Source: Botryllus schlosseri (taxonomy: Eukaryota). Taken from it: a stretch of 64,000 nucleotides of DNA. Positions 1 through 44,099 of the stretch are shown here, in pieces. The translations under genes were made by a program, and so were the position numbers. The DNA is taken from assembly GCA_051294905.1 (NCBI GenBank), contig CM119372.1, positions 12,898,001 to 12,962,000 on the forward strand. Direction: 5' to 3'. The notes below the pieces were generated by a model. The model saw only the letters and a program-made list of their open reading frames with translations. It made no database searches and had not been told where the DNA came from. Each line of letters begins with the position of its first letter. Position 1 is the stretch's first letter.

Positions 1-263
1 CTTGCAGCCCGCGGCCTCTACGTAATTTGAAAAAGTGGCCCGCAGCACGTTTTGGGTAGGCGACCTCTGGGCTAGACAATTTGACTACACCAATCCGAAT
101 CGAGTTTTCATTGTAATGATTCAAGTCAAGTAGTGAGAGACGACGTTTTTCCAGTACTGAAACTATACGTCCGTGCCAGTAAGAGTTGTACAGTATTATC
201 AACGAGAATTATAGTTGTTGCACTTTCTTCTCACCGTGGAAGCCTTGAAATCTAGATCTAAAG

Positions 264-343
264 CAGTGGTTGCTCAAAAATCAAAACAGTTTCTGAAAAT
301 CGCTCACTGGGGTGGTGAAATATCGCTATGTTGGGAACCACTG
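264..343. mobile_element. Tiny hAT-type MITE
   Basis: Ends cagtggttgctcaa / ttgggaaccactg; flanks atctaaag / atctaaac (8-bp TSD, one mismatch). Confidence 0.6.
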
Positions 344-595
344 ATCTAAACATGTAGTACAAACTTCCGCGCCTTAATGGAAGTAACATTCTTATGAAGT
401 CTTGTCCAAACCGTAACATTCTCTTAAAGCGCAATGAAAGAGGTTGCGGTATCTTTAACGTGATGTGTAACAGAGACTATTTTCGTTCAGGTCGCGAAAA
501 GGTACACCATACTGTTATGACATCATAACGAGTGATATCCAAATTCTCGATTCGAAGCCTGTTACCAGATTTGGTAACAAATCTAGCTCACGTAC

Positions 596-32443
<31,848 letters not shown>

Positions 32444-32810
32444 GTCCTCAATCAATGGGCTTTATTGAAATATATTAAGCTAACTTTACATCCATAGTTC
32501 AATATACACGCCCTTCCTCAATTACAACGTTTATTAGGCGGCGTTTAGGCCTAGAACACACAGCGTTTCAAGATATTGTGTTTACGGGTTGTATTTTCTT
32601 GGTTTGTTTACGCTCGATAACCTCCAACCCAATGTGCTATCATGCGTGGCCTAATATAGTCACTGATAATCAAAAACGATAATATATTTTCGGACAGAAA
32701 GCATTATTATTGTTTTATCATCATCACGGGTAATTTACGAAATTCATCGATACTTCATATTATGAAAGGATTAAGTTTCTCATATTCCCCTCAGATTAAA
32801 ATATTCTTAC

Positions 32811-33166
32811 AGACAAGATAGCGCAATGGTGAAGCACAGCAATTTACAACGTTGCAAATTGCTATGGGTGAAGCATCTTGATCGGTAGGTCGTGGATTCG
32901 ATCCACTGCCGGGTCAGACCAAAGACCTGATTTGAAACACTGGCATACATGACTTCCCCGTTGGCGCTCATGCATTACTGGGATAGCATGAAGGGGTGGT
33001 GCAAGACTTGAGACTGTATCTGCACCTTCCTTGTCCAGCGGCATATGCACATCATTCACTCATGGTATGAATATGCACAGATCGTGTGAATCTATATCAT
33101 GAGTCGGTGTATATGCCGCAGAAACATCAAGGACAAAAATAAAACTACGTCCTTTCCTTTCCTTTC
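32811..33166 (+). mobile_element. tRNA-derived SINE candidate
   Basis: A-box-like tagcgcaatgg, B-box-like ggattcgatcc and a (ccttt)n tail. An inverted partial copy of its 3' end lies at about 33510-33607. Confidence 0.65.
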
Positions 33167-33737
33167 ATAAGGTAAATAATAAATATCCGCCTGGTGTCAC
33201 TATAGTGTCAGTGAAGGAATGACCAATCTAAACTAGTAGTTTTCACTCTCACCCAGTGCTGTAATCATAGCCTTTATAAGGCTATAAAGGCTATGCTGTA
33301 ATGACTCGAGTCATATCTCGACCCGAGTCACGGTTTCCTGATGACACGACTTGACTCGAGTCATTTTCTTAAAGTTCGGATATGACTCGAGAGTTGAGAC
33401 TCAGACGGCCTCTAGATCGACATTTCATTGTAATTTCGAAGAATAGTAAAGTAACCACACTGGTACTTGAAAATGCGACCAGAAACTGGTAAAAGTTAGG
33501 AAAAATAGTAAGGAAAGGAAAGGAAGTAGTTTATTTTTGTCCTTGATGTTTTTGCGGCATATACACCGACTCATGATACACATACACGCGATCTGTGCAT
33601 ATGCATAGTATATTATAAATGCGAACCATTCGATATCACCAAACAGAGGTATAGTAGTAACGATATGCAGTCGCGCTTTATTTCAATGAATAGCACTCGC
33701 CCATCCACGTCTATCATTTATAAAATAACCGATATAG

Positions 33738-34103
33738 TAGGCTTACCATACGTCCTCTTTTAAGAGGATTTGTCCTCTTTTTTGAGTTTTTTGAAAGTGT
33801 CCTCGGAGGACGCCCTTTTGTCCTCTTTTTTGAGATTTTGTCCTCTTTTTTGAAAATTTAGGTCAGATTTAGAGCAAATTGCGAGTGATATGCTGCAAAT
33901 TAGCACAGAAGTGACGCTCTGGCGGGTATTTCGGAGTGAAAATGGTTATTTTAGCTCTGAGCGAAAAGATGACCTTTTTTTTAGTCAACCGATCGCAAAG
34001 TGGGAAAAATTCACCGGTTTCTGAGAATTCTACTCCGGTTTTGCAAGTTGCAAATTTCTGAAAAAGTGTCCTCTTTTTAGATTTCCAAAATATGGTAAGC
34101 CTA
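33738..34103. mobile_element. hAT-type MITE with tgtcctctttt repeats
   Basis: TIR taggcttaccata / tatggtaagccta; perfect TSD cgatatag. Confidence 0.9.
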
Positions 34104-35189
34104 CGATATAGTATCGATAGAAGTCTACTGTGTTTTGTACATCCATTGAATTAGTGCACGACATCTCGAGAGAACTCCATCTGAGTCGTTCGGCCGCGAC
34201 GCGCGCGCGTGTGTGTGTACTGTGTACTACAGCCGTACTCTACAAAACACTATGATTCGAACACACATCTCACTGCGGCGACATCCGTGATTTCGATTTC
34301 TACCATCATCCGTTTTCCTGTATTTACAATATAGCCTAATAAGCCTATCAGTCTAATTTCGCGTCGGCTTCGCAGGTCGCCTAGTCCTCGTCGCCCACGT
34401 CAGTTTTGAAATCCAGCTAAGTAGCCTACTTATTACATCGCATTGTATCTTGTAAATTGCATTGTACGTTGTGTGTCTTGAACGGATGAAAATGTCAAAA
34501 AAATGCTGATTCAGTCGCGTCGTTTACGTAGCTCGCAGAGCCTCCGTCAAGCTCGTTTTAGACGTCGTTATTTTATACGTACCTCACTAGTCACTACAAC
34601 TTCGGTAATCGGTTCGGCATCGATGAAATACTTCCTCATTTGTTAGTTTCGAAAATACGAGGTTAACAGTTATTGGTGGGTACTCTTGCGAGTATAAGAC
34701 GGAAAAATCACAGTATAGAATCTACATATCAGCAGAAACAATGTCTAAAAATGAATGTAAGTTCGATTTTGATTTATATACCTGATTTATTGGACTTAGA
34801 TCGGCTACACCCATGTGTTGGGCAAACGTTTTAGCTCGAGGGCCGCATTCTGCATCTGAATCCATTCGCGGGCCGCTGACAGACTATGGTAAAATTGGGA
34901 ATGAAGGCCAAACGCAATCTTGTTTGATTATGTAGTGACCTAAAGACATGGGGATTATATGTGGATATCTGTTTAAAACAATTGAATAGTATATTCATAC
35001 TGAAATATGCCCGAATATTTTCGGCTGACTCTCGTCAAGGGTAATCGTCAGCAACTGGTAGAGAAGTGGATAGAACATTGTTTATCAACAATCGTATCAC
35101 CAAATATGACGTCACCGACATGACATTTACAATGATCGAGGCGAAGATATTGCTCAACCTGAATGAACTATTTTTACATGGTACACGAA

Positions 35190-35400
35190 CTCGTTCTGTG
35201 TTGACACAAACTAGGTTGGTGTGTTTTAATAAAAGTCGACTCCAGGCACACAAATGAAAGTGTGACCGTTCTCTCCCGACGACGTGAAACCTGTAGTCTG
35301 GATATTTTTTAACACAAACATAATTAGGCCTATGCAATAAACGTTTGCCAATGTCAGAATTCATGATCTTTGCCTGTCGTGAAAAGGCAAATTAAATATT
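35190..35400 (-). mobile_element. Penelope-like retroelement relic (GIY-YIG endonuclease C-terminus)
   Basis: SDIGKRLLHRP...YRFHVVGRERSHFHL, then after a frameshift LESTFIKTHQPSLCQ, resembling the SAIG.HL...F.I...LEA..IK...P.LC pattern. Confidence 0.65.
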
Positions 35401-36308
35401 GATTTGATGATAAACGCACACACGTCAGAAACATTAACGAGATTGTATAACCTGACCTACCATTCTCAAATACCACGTGACGATTTCCATGTCAAATGAT
35501 TCAATTCAACGGTTGCTACTATCGATCATAACCGAGCTGTTCCGAGTTCCGACTGCGGCCTGCAATAACAGTGGTATATGGGTAATGGAAGGTATACGAC
35601 TATATAGCCTGCGTGCGTGCGATTGCGAGAAGCATCATTCGTTATGGTAAAATTTAATGTTCCCCGATGGTCCTAAAGTTGCCCGTGCTATTAAGCAGCT
35701 GTAAAAGTACAAGAAACGCGGATGGAAGGTGTAGCCACCGAAACTCAACCAGTAACACAAGGCGTGTATTGTCGGGGTATCCTTCCTCCGACACTGCGGA
35801 AGCGAAACGAATCTAATGCAGTTATTTTCTCAATATCGGAATAGGCCAAGTCATACTATGGTAGGTGTATGAAATCTGTGAATGTACTTCTCCAGTTCCT
35901 TACAATAAAATGTTAAAATGTAGGCTATATAAATTGTATGGCCACGCACACAGATAATGTACTCCACTTACGTATTTCAGCCAGAGCATATGACAAGGCA
36001 AGGCTCTATAAGACCGAAAGTCGTTTTTGCAATATATGTTCATAAATGAAAGAACCAGCGGAAGAGTACTAGTGACGTAGGCAGAGGGGTAAAATACACT
36101 GCTACGTCGTTAAATTTTTGTAACCTGGTAGTCGTGACGTAGTTTTCGCTGGTTACGTCACCATCTGCCCCTAACAACAATTCAACACTTTCGAAGTGTT
36201 CAATATGACGAGTGACAACGCATAAGAACAACAGTGGTGCGGCGAACTGTGAAATAACCACAATTAAGATCATGATTCCAAAACCAAAACTATTGTATTT
36301 CATTCTAG

Positions 36309-36392
36309 ATAGCTTCATAAAAGACACGAAAGGAAATGTAAGTTTGAATTTAGGAGGAAACTCAAGAATGGAAATGAAAGTTACCAGCAAAG
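36309..36392 (+). CDS. Candidate upstream exon of the ubiquitin-like gene (84 nt, phase 1 to 1)
   Basis: ttcattctag|AT...AAAG|gtaagg, open frame SFIKDTKGNVSLNLGGNSRMEMKVTSK, phase-compatible with exon 43149-43316 and similar in composition. Confidence 0.4.
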
Positions 36393-37731
36393 GTAAGGTG
36401 TTGATGCAAAGTTTCACCACGCTATTTTATGCTACGTTATGTCATTCACATTTCACAATGCTGCAGAGCAGTGGTTCCCAAACTGGGGTCCGCGGTCCTG
36501 TTGGGGTCCGTGAGACATTTCTAGTACCGCTACGGACCTTCCAAAAAATTCACACGATCCAGAAATTGTGATTTCTGGAATATGAAAATTGCAGGCGACT
36601 TATTTTCTGAACCAAACTAGATGGTGGCCAAAAATTACTTAATTTGTCAACAAAAAATAGAGTATTTTGGTGCAGAGTTAACTTTAGTCGCGCTTCGCGT
36701 GATTTATTGTCACTATATTTCTTGATTTTATTGTGTGTATGCGCAATGCGCATGCGCACTCTCGAACAAAATACGCATAATTTTGCAGAAATAAGTCTAA
36801 CTGTATTCGCAATTATGAGAGTATCGTTTGAGGCCATTGGGATGCTTTAGTGTAGAAGTGCAATGCATTTCAGCGCTGACCGTTTCCTATCCTGGAAGCA
36901 CCAAGACATGTGAAGGTTCGGTCAACATGCGACTCCACGAAGTGCACTGGCAAAAAGATCAGCGGTGATAAAACCGTGCCTCAAAATGATCACCGCATGT
37001 TGGCCGAACCTTCGATGTTGATATGTCCAGTCACCGAAACAGACGGGCACCGAATAGTCAACTCGTGGAGGAAAATAATGTTTCCCGTGTTGAAAAGCAA
37101 TTTGAAAAGGATTTTTTTGGTCTGGTAAATGTGACCGATTCCGATATCTTTCGATTAGCGACAATAACTACCTTCACGAAATAACAGCATGCTTCAACAA
37201 AGTGATTGTTCACACCGACACGCCTGAATCTAACACTCGTAAAACTTATGACGTCTTAACTGTGAGGCATGAACATGGAATAATATAATTACTTGACCTA
37301 AAATTTGGAGGACATTGGTTCCACCGGTAAATGTGATCATGTGCCCCCAGAGAGGATAATAAGACTCATGCAAGACCGAACATATTGACAAAATTGAATA
37401 CTTACCCGGGGCCTACGATACTTACGGCCTAATATGGCACATTACACTTGCAGGATATAAGAGGCCGACACTCCCAAACAGACATCACGATTGACTCAGC
37501 GATTGTTTTACTTTGCTGGTCGACAATACTAAATGCCTCCCATCTTGAAGCAAAATGCACTCATTTCACTCTGCGAGATCTAGCTAGACGGTTGCATCTG
37601 TTTATATGCTGCTGTATTGACCGTCTTATACTTATAATACGAGGTAGGGTGCTGTGAAGTTGCGATTGCGCTATTCACATTTGGAGGCAAGGTTTTCGAG
37701 CTATAGTCGCTAAGTTAGAATTATTATTTAA

Positions 37732-39162
37732 CCCTTTGTAACCGGCCGGCCTACTGACCAAAATTTTACTGCATCCACATAAAAAACGATAAAATGTCAT
37801 CCATATGGCTTAAATCGACGCCCAATATATTGTCGTAAACCTGAAGTCGACGCCTAGCGGTCTGAGATACTCTCACGGCTCAGACGCCAGAGGGAATAGT
37901 GTTATGCGAGAAAATGTTCTCGATTTCTTGAAAATAAAATGAAATTTTGTTCTTTTTTTATCTCCTGACGTCATACCTAGGCCCTTTTATTAGTATATGA
38001 CCACCTGATTGCCTTCCGCATGAATCTCTACGTTCCAACGAGACATTACATGCTTCTATAGCGCTTCATAGCCCAGCGCTACGATCTTGGAAAGGTAGAG
38101 ACGATGAGCACAATCACGCGGCCGCCGCCGATGAGTAATCTATTACGTAATCTCGTATTCTCGCTGAAGGCAACGCGCGTTCAGCTCTACATAACACAGT
38201 GACTGCCTTGGCAATTCTGCCTGTAGTATGCAACTCCATGCTATTGAAGTGTTATCAACCCCAGTTGCTTGTTATATGTAACTTGCAACTGCAAGGGATC
38301 CGTAAGTATACACTTATTGCCTTATTCGACACTGCCCAGTGCCCATATACGCTCGGGAAGTCATTTCACGTGATACATTGCTTTATTTCGCATCAATTTG
38401 AACTGTATTCTACACGGCTAATGTTCCATGTATGATCAACAGTAGTCATAGAAGCCAACAGTAACTTCGTGTGCCATCTAAAACAGATATATAACTGCCT
38501 CTATATGATGTTGTTATCACAGGCTCGGATACAAAAATAGCCTAACTCGCACGCTTATTTGTGCGGTGTTAGGGCTGGCGTCGGCTTTCTTATACAAAAC
38601 TAAGTTCCATGATAGGGATATTGATGGATATGCCTGGATAATGGCTAACCATATGTATAATTTGCTATTGCCTGAAGCAATTGTACATCTGTTTGAAACC
38701 GCACCGATTCAGGTCATCTTACGCAGCCATGATTTTCACGTAATAAGGTATGCTTCTTTCACGTCAATTTGAAACATCTTCTACGTGCTAATCTTCGATA
38801 TAAGGACTTTCATAGAATAGTATGACCAACAACAAGTCATAGAAGATAATTGTAATCGGTTATATGACGTCTAGAACGGAAGATACAATGGTTTATATTT
38901 CAGGTGGTCATTGACGCGAACATCATCACAAATTCAATTTTGCGGGAAACATTTTTGCGTGTTCAATCTGCATTTCAAGCAGGATACACATTGCAACAAT
39001 AGGTTATACATGATCTGATGCATGCGTATTTATAAGAGCTATACATACAAACCGATTGCAATAGTTTATGACCAATACAGGTCTAGCTATCTTGAATTAA
39101 ATATCGACTCCTCTGTGTTAAACAGTCGCGGTCTAGTATACTAGACCGCCGGTCGCAAAGGG
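37732..39162. mobile_element. piggyBac-type non-autonomous element
   Basis: TTAA on both sides; termini ccctttgtaaccggc / gccggtcgcaaaggg; no transposase ORF. Confidence 0.85.
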
Positions 39163-39437
39163 TTAATGATGTCACGATTAGCTATTGCCGTAGTAACAAC
39201 TCTGTACGATTGCAGTGAAGGTATGTTTAGGAGCCGTTTTGACCATCCGGTAGCATCTAGGTAGGTAATTATGTAGCTGGAAATAATACTTCATGTTGCA
39301 CTAGTTGCAGTATTAAACAAACTAATATCGGCTAGAATTCATGGTGGTATTTTATGCGGCATTTATGACAGTGAATTTTGACATATTATATGTATGCTTG
39401 ACGATGCAGGCTTGGCTTAATGTATAATTGAACGTTA

Positions 39438-41060
39438 ATGGTCAACAAATGTTGTGTTTATGGCTGTAAATCTGGATATTTAACTACTGAACAAAAAGTT
39501 TTGTCGTTTCACTTTCCATTTGACGATGCGGAGTTACAAAACAAATGGATATCTTTTGTGAATGGGCGCGATTGGAAACCAACTCTCAATTCTGTAATCT
39601 GTGAATTGCACTTTGAATCAAAGTACATCACCGACTCATGCTTGCGAAAACGACTACGTTTGGAGGAAAAACCAGTCCTAGTGAAGGCACTACCAGAGAC
39701 CGAAATTACAGGAACTTGGTTAGCAGAGGAATTGCTGGATTGCATTGCTGCTCTCAATCGGCATGGATTTGCCGTTCGAGGGCTTGTGTCGGATAATCAT
39801 TCTTCCAATGTAAAAGCATTTGGATTAATGAGACAAAAATACTCTGGAAATGATGAGTTCCCTCTTCATCATCCATCCTACGCCAAGAAAACATATATAT
39901 TTTTCGATACTGTACAGTGTACGACGTTATGTGAGTTTTTCGTTGATAAATCGCGGATTATCCACCAATCAAGGATAATCCGAGAAATTTCAACGAAAAA
40001 CTCCAATAACTCCGCTTCTACTGGTCGGAATTGACTCAAATTTGTTTTGCAACGTCTTTGAAGACAGCTCAACAATTTCATGGGGTTGGCAGAAAAATTT
40101 GGAATTTTTTTTTTCAATTTTTCATAATAAATTAAAAATTTTAATTGGATCTGCGGAGGCCTTTACTGGTTGGAATCGAGTTAAATTTGGTGAGCAAGGT
40201 TTTCTACTGCAACCTGTCGATATAAGAGGTGACCGGCTTGAATCGAGGAAAAAAAGTTATTTTTGAACAGCCCTAGTGTACGTCTTGTAAAGAGCATATG
40301 AAAACATTTACTCCGAGCCAAGAAATTCATTTTTCCTCGATGCTCATTCATCATCGCCTGGTGGATTCGTTGCATGGGGCGATCTTCACAAGGTCAGGGA
40401 ATATGATGATAAGCTGGATTCGAATTTGTGTAAAGCGCCAAAATTGACATTTTTGCCTCATCGCATCCAAGCAAAATCAAACAGAATGTCAACTTAGCTC
40501 TTGCTCCATTCCATGAGTCAACTATTGCAGCTTGCAAAAGTTGCTTGCCTCACAGGGAAGATATGTCTTCATTTTTGAGTCTTACTAATGCTTGGTGGAC
40601 ACTGGACAGTGGACAATCATCAATTTCTGTCCCATATTTTCGGCAAACCCCTAGGCCAAAGCAGTGGTCTCACAAGATGCAAAAATGGATTCTTTACAAG
40701 ACTTTGCTAATTGGCTTGTAAAATGGAATGGATATAACCCCCAGAACTATTGTCTATCAACTGTCAAAGCAAACCTTGAAAGCTCCGATTGAAACCCTGC
40801 AGCTCAGTCACTACTTATGAAAGATCCGTTTGAAAGAAGGTTCTCGCGCTATAGGCAAATGAGTGAGGGAGATTTCTGATGGGTTTAACAGAAGTTACCA
40901 ATTTTGAAAAGATAATTCTGCTTCGTTTCATCCCAAAAATTGAGGTAAACTACTGGGAGCATGATATTGGTGTTTCAGGTTTAACTCATTTTGATCATTT
41001 CAAACAAGTGATTGCAGATGTGGCGATTGAAATTACCGACTTACCTCTAAAAATATTTCG
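39438..41060 (+). pseudogene. Degenerate THAP9/P-element-like transposase, internally deleted and interrupted by a MITE fragment
   Basis: N-terminal THAP zinc finger (CCVYGC...FP...W...ICELHF), then VRGLVSDNHSSN and FFDTV. After the insertion, broken frames give LVKSI*KHLLRAKKFIFP, FHESTIAA and DPFERRFSRYRQMS. Confidence 0.85.
39925..40275. mobile_element. Right-arm fragment of the palindromic MITE family, inserted in the THAP transposase
   Basis: aataactccgcttctactgg...tttttgaacagcccta resembles the right arm of 47565-48227; flanks gtgtacga / gtgtacgt. Confidence 0.7.
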
Positions 41061-41717
41061 CGCTTCGCGTTAATACAAAATAATTGCTCGTTGATTTTTC
41101 AAACCACTGCATGGTTAGTTGGTAGCTATCTCGATCGCGAAGCGCGTAAAACCGTTTGTAAATGGGGTGTATGAAGGGTAGTGATGAAATTGCGCGTAGA
41201 GGTCGGAGGGGGCGGCACGCATCGTCGCCCATAGGTTAGGTTGATCACGCCATGAACAGCTTGAAGTGGAATTTGAACCGGCTGATTCACGATAATATGG
41301 TTGCGTTCTCAAAAACGCAACCAAACATAGTGGAGCTGGTCGCAGAAAATCAGCTATACACCCGTTACATTGACACCATAAATCCAAGATGTTGTTTTGT
41401 GTTGATTTGGTAAGGGACCGTGAGTAAGTTAAGAAATATTGCCATGGGATCATTTGGGGAATTTTCTTGAATAGTTTGGAACCGTCCGCTGTAGAGCTGC
41501 AGAGAGGTATACGGGGTTGTTGTTTGCTTGTGTGATATTCATGGTGCTTCGACTACATTAGTAATGGTCATTTTGCACCAGGCGGATACTCTTTATTTTT
41601 TGTATTTACCGACATGTAGCACGGCCCATTTCTAGACTTTTTATAAGACACTGCTTACGCGGAGACGTGACGAGAAGGAGCCTAGAAATAAACCTCCAAC
41701 ACTTGGGCAGGAATTCT

Positions 41718-41797
41718 GGAGTCGCCCTCGGTCGGACTCGGACCTGCAACCCATTGCTATTGCAGCTGTGGATCATACCACTACGCTATGTCGCCAC
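41718..41797 (-). mobile_element. tRNA-like SINE head (degenerate)
   Basis: Reverse strand reads gtggcgacatagcgtagtggta...caggtccgagtccg with A- and B-box-like motifs, but no clean cloverleaf. Confidence 0.45.
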
Positions 41798-43148
41798 AAT
41801 ACGAGGATGTTATAAACCCCACCTTCCTCGAGTGTGAATGAGTGATGTGAGAATTCTTTCTCGATTATCATGTTGGAATTGTCATGATTTGATTTGCTAA
41901 TCACGAAAGACTGACGGATCAAGTGACTAGTTGCGGAGTCCTTTACAACGTAACTAGTAGCGATATTTCGCCATTCAAAATACTGTTTCTATGGTCGAGT
42001 ATGCGAGATAATAATATCATTGACCAATTGGTGTCCTCCTGCTAAATCATGTTTGTATGTCGTGTTCGTGTGAAACATCTTATGTGGTGGTTACGCTATT
42101 TCTATGTTATATAGACCACTCTGAGGAGCTGGACAATTTTGCGACTTGTGACACGGCCTGGGGGTGGTCAAACTAGTCACGGATGGTTCTCAAGTAGAAG
42201 TATAACATTGACGCCGTAAATATTTACTCGTTTGCAGGTATAGAAATAGCTATATCCAAAGCATGGCAAAACTGCTTCAGGGGGGAGTAGAAAATGAAGA
42301 TTTGAGAAGTACTCAAGTGAGTACTCTCAAAAGGTAGATTTGGCAGATTAAGTAGTTGATCGAGGGGGGGGGGCTACTTTCAAAATGGTTGGACCCATCT
42401 TCTCGACTGACGCAAAATGACCAATGCCGCTACATATTTGTGCATGCAGCAATTTTCGAGAATATATTCAGATATCAGGATACAGGCTTATTTCACCCAG
42501 TCGTTATGACAATTTCACTCAAAACCGAGATGGGATCAGATCCCGAGATGACTGTCAACTTCAAAAAATCCAAAGTAATAAAACTAAGCAGTTTCGCCTT
42601 AAAAACTGCTGGGTACAAGTGGAAGCAGTAGAAAAAACAAAAGTAAGTAATGCAAGTTAGCAAAACATATTTAAGTACTCCCGTAAAGTAGAAGTATAGT
42701 TCATTACGGATCAGATCACTGATCGTGTTTACTCCGGACTCAATCAAAATTTGTACTCGACACTTTCATAGAACCCTTGTTACGACTCCCTTAGCGATAA
42801 AAATGAATTTCGAGTGCGACCCTCACCCACATCGTACGTAGCCATGTGAGCTAAAGGCACGCAGTACAATCTTACATATTCGACGTCGTATATTTGTTCG
42901 TGATGTCACAAAGAATAGATTTTTAGCGTCACGTAACTGTTCACTATATCCGCTTAAATTTTCACGATGGCCGCGTCCGTAAAAGGCTAAAATATAATCC
43001 GCACCGTCGGAAACGCTACCTACAGAGTGACCACGAATCGAATTTCGAGTTTTCGAAACGGCTGAGAAAAAGAAGGACGATGATATGTTCGACTCCCATT
43101 ATTTCTCGATTATTTCGAAGCCATCTTCTATTTTCGACTTTCATTCAG

Positions 43149-44099
43149 ATAACAGTTCCTCGATAACGGCTGGGAGAGACGTAGACATCAAAGTTGGCGG
43201 AGATTTCAATTTGGGATCTCAAAGCCGCAAAAATGATTTTCGTGGTGCCTCGATTGGTGTAATCAACGAAGGTACTATGAACAGTAAGCAAGAAGGCACC
43301 ACCACGAATATCGGCGGTAAGAAAAATGGACAGACTGATGACGATCCAAAATTATAAATCTATGATAATACCTGGAATAATGCCACCTTTTGTTTAACTA
43401 TTATGTATCATTCGTTATATCCATAATTGATTATACTACCAGAGGAAGTTTAAGTATAGTCATCGTTGGCACTAAAATTTCAAGAAGTAGAAGTAACGGT
43501 ATTTGCCGAGGCTCTACGTCGATAATGCGACATTGTATGCTTGCCGATGTTGAAGTACCATGGATATGGGCTATATGCAAGTTCAAATCGCTCAAAAACT
43601 GATTTCTTTGATCGAGATTCCGTGGCAAACCCTCAGTCCTTGTTACTAGTGATATGCAAGTTCGGAATGAATTAGACTACAGACTCCGGATTCAATAGAG
43701 TTTCAAAATTCAAATATTTCAGTTGCTGAACAGTCGAATCTTCCAGAAGCCAATGCTCCGTCCGTATCCGAAAACAAAACCACCGCTGAGTCCAAACAAG
43801 AACAAATCCACAGTGAACGCGTCATCAATTTCAAAGTCCGGTTACTAACGCTTAAACGAATTATTCATCTTCGTCTTCCCGACTCGTCTCTGGTACAATC
43901 GGTCGTCGAAAAAATTAATAAGGACGAAGGCGTGGATGTAGCTCTGCAACTAAAATTGGATGACGGAAGCGATAAAACTCTTGACCATAAAAAGAGACTG
44001 TGCGAGGAGAATGTGGCGGATGGATCCATTTTGAACGCTCGAGACATTGCGATCACCGGCGCGACGTCTCGTGCCACCGGAAGGAGAGTTTTGGCTTAG
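43149..44099 (+). CDS. Spliced gene: G/N/S-rich exon (43149-43316) plus terminal exon (43723-44099) with a ubiquitin-like domain; 5' end uncertain
   Basis: Pyrimidine-rich acceptor tcattcag|43149, donor G|gtaaga at 43317 and acceptor atttcag|43723 join in phase 1. The last exon is open to TAG at 44097-44099. From 43821 it reads VINFKVRLLTLKRIIHLRLPDSSLVQSVVEKINKDEGVDVALQLKLDDGSDKTLDHKKRLCEENVADGSILNARDIAITG, which aligns by eye with ubiquitin. An in-frame ATG at 43085 is an alternative start. Confidence 0.72.

Noticed and set aside
235..251. Possible BLTP2 micro-exon (ag|ATTTCAAGGCTTCCACG|gtgaga)
   Set aside because: The match to the expected downstream peptide is poor and the next exon is outside the window, so it cannot be verified.
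36874..37124. Additional plus-strand exon candidates for the UBL gene
   Set aside because: Splice sites and frames are ambiguous and there is no recognisable homology.
41718..41797. tRNA gene candidate
   Set aside because: Stems pair poorly; better explained as a SINE head or pseudo-tRNA.
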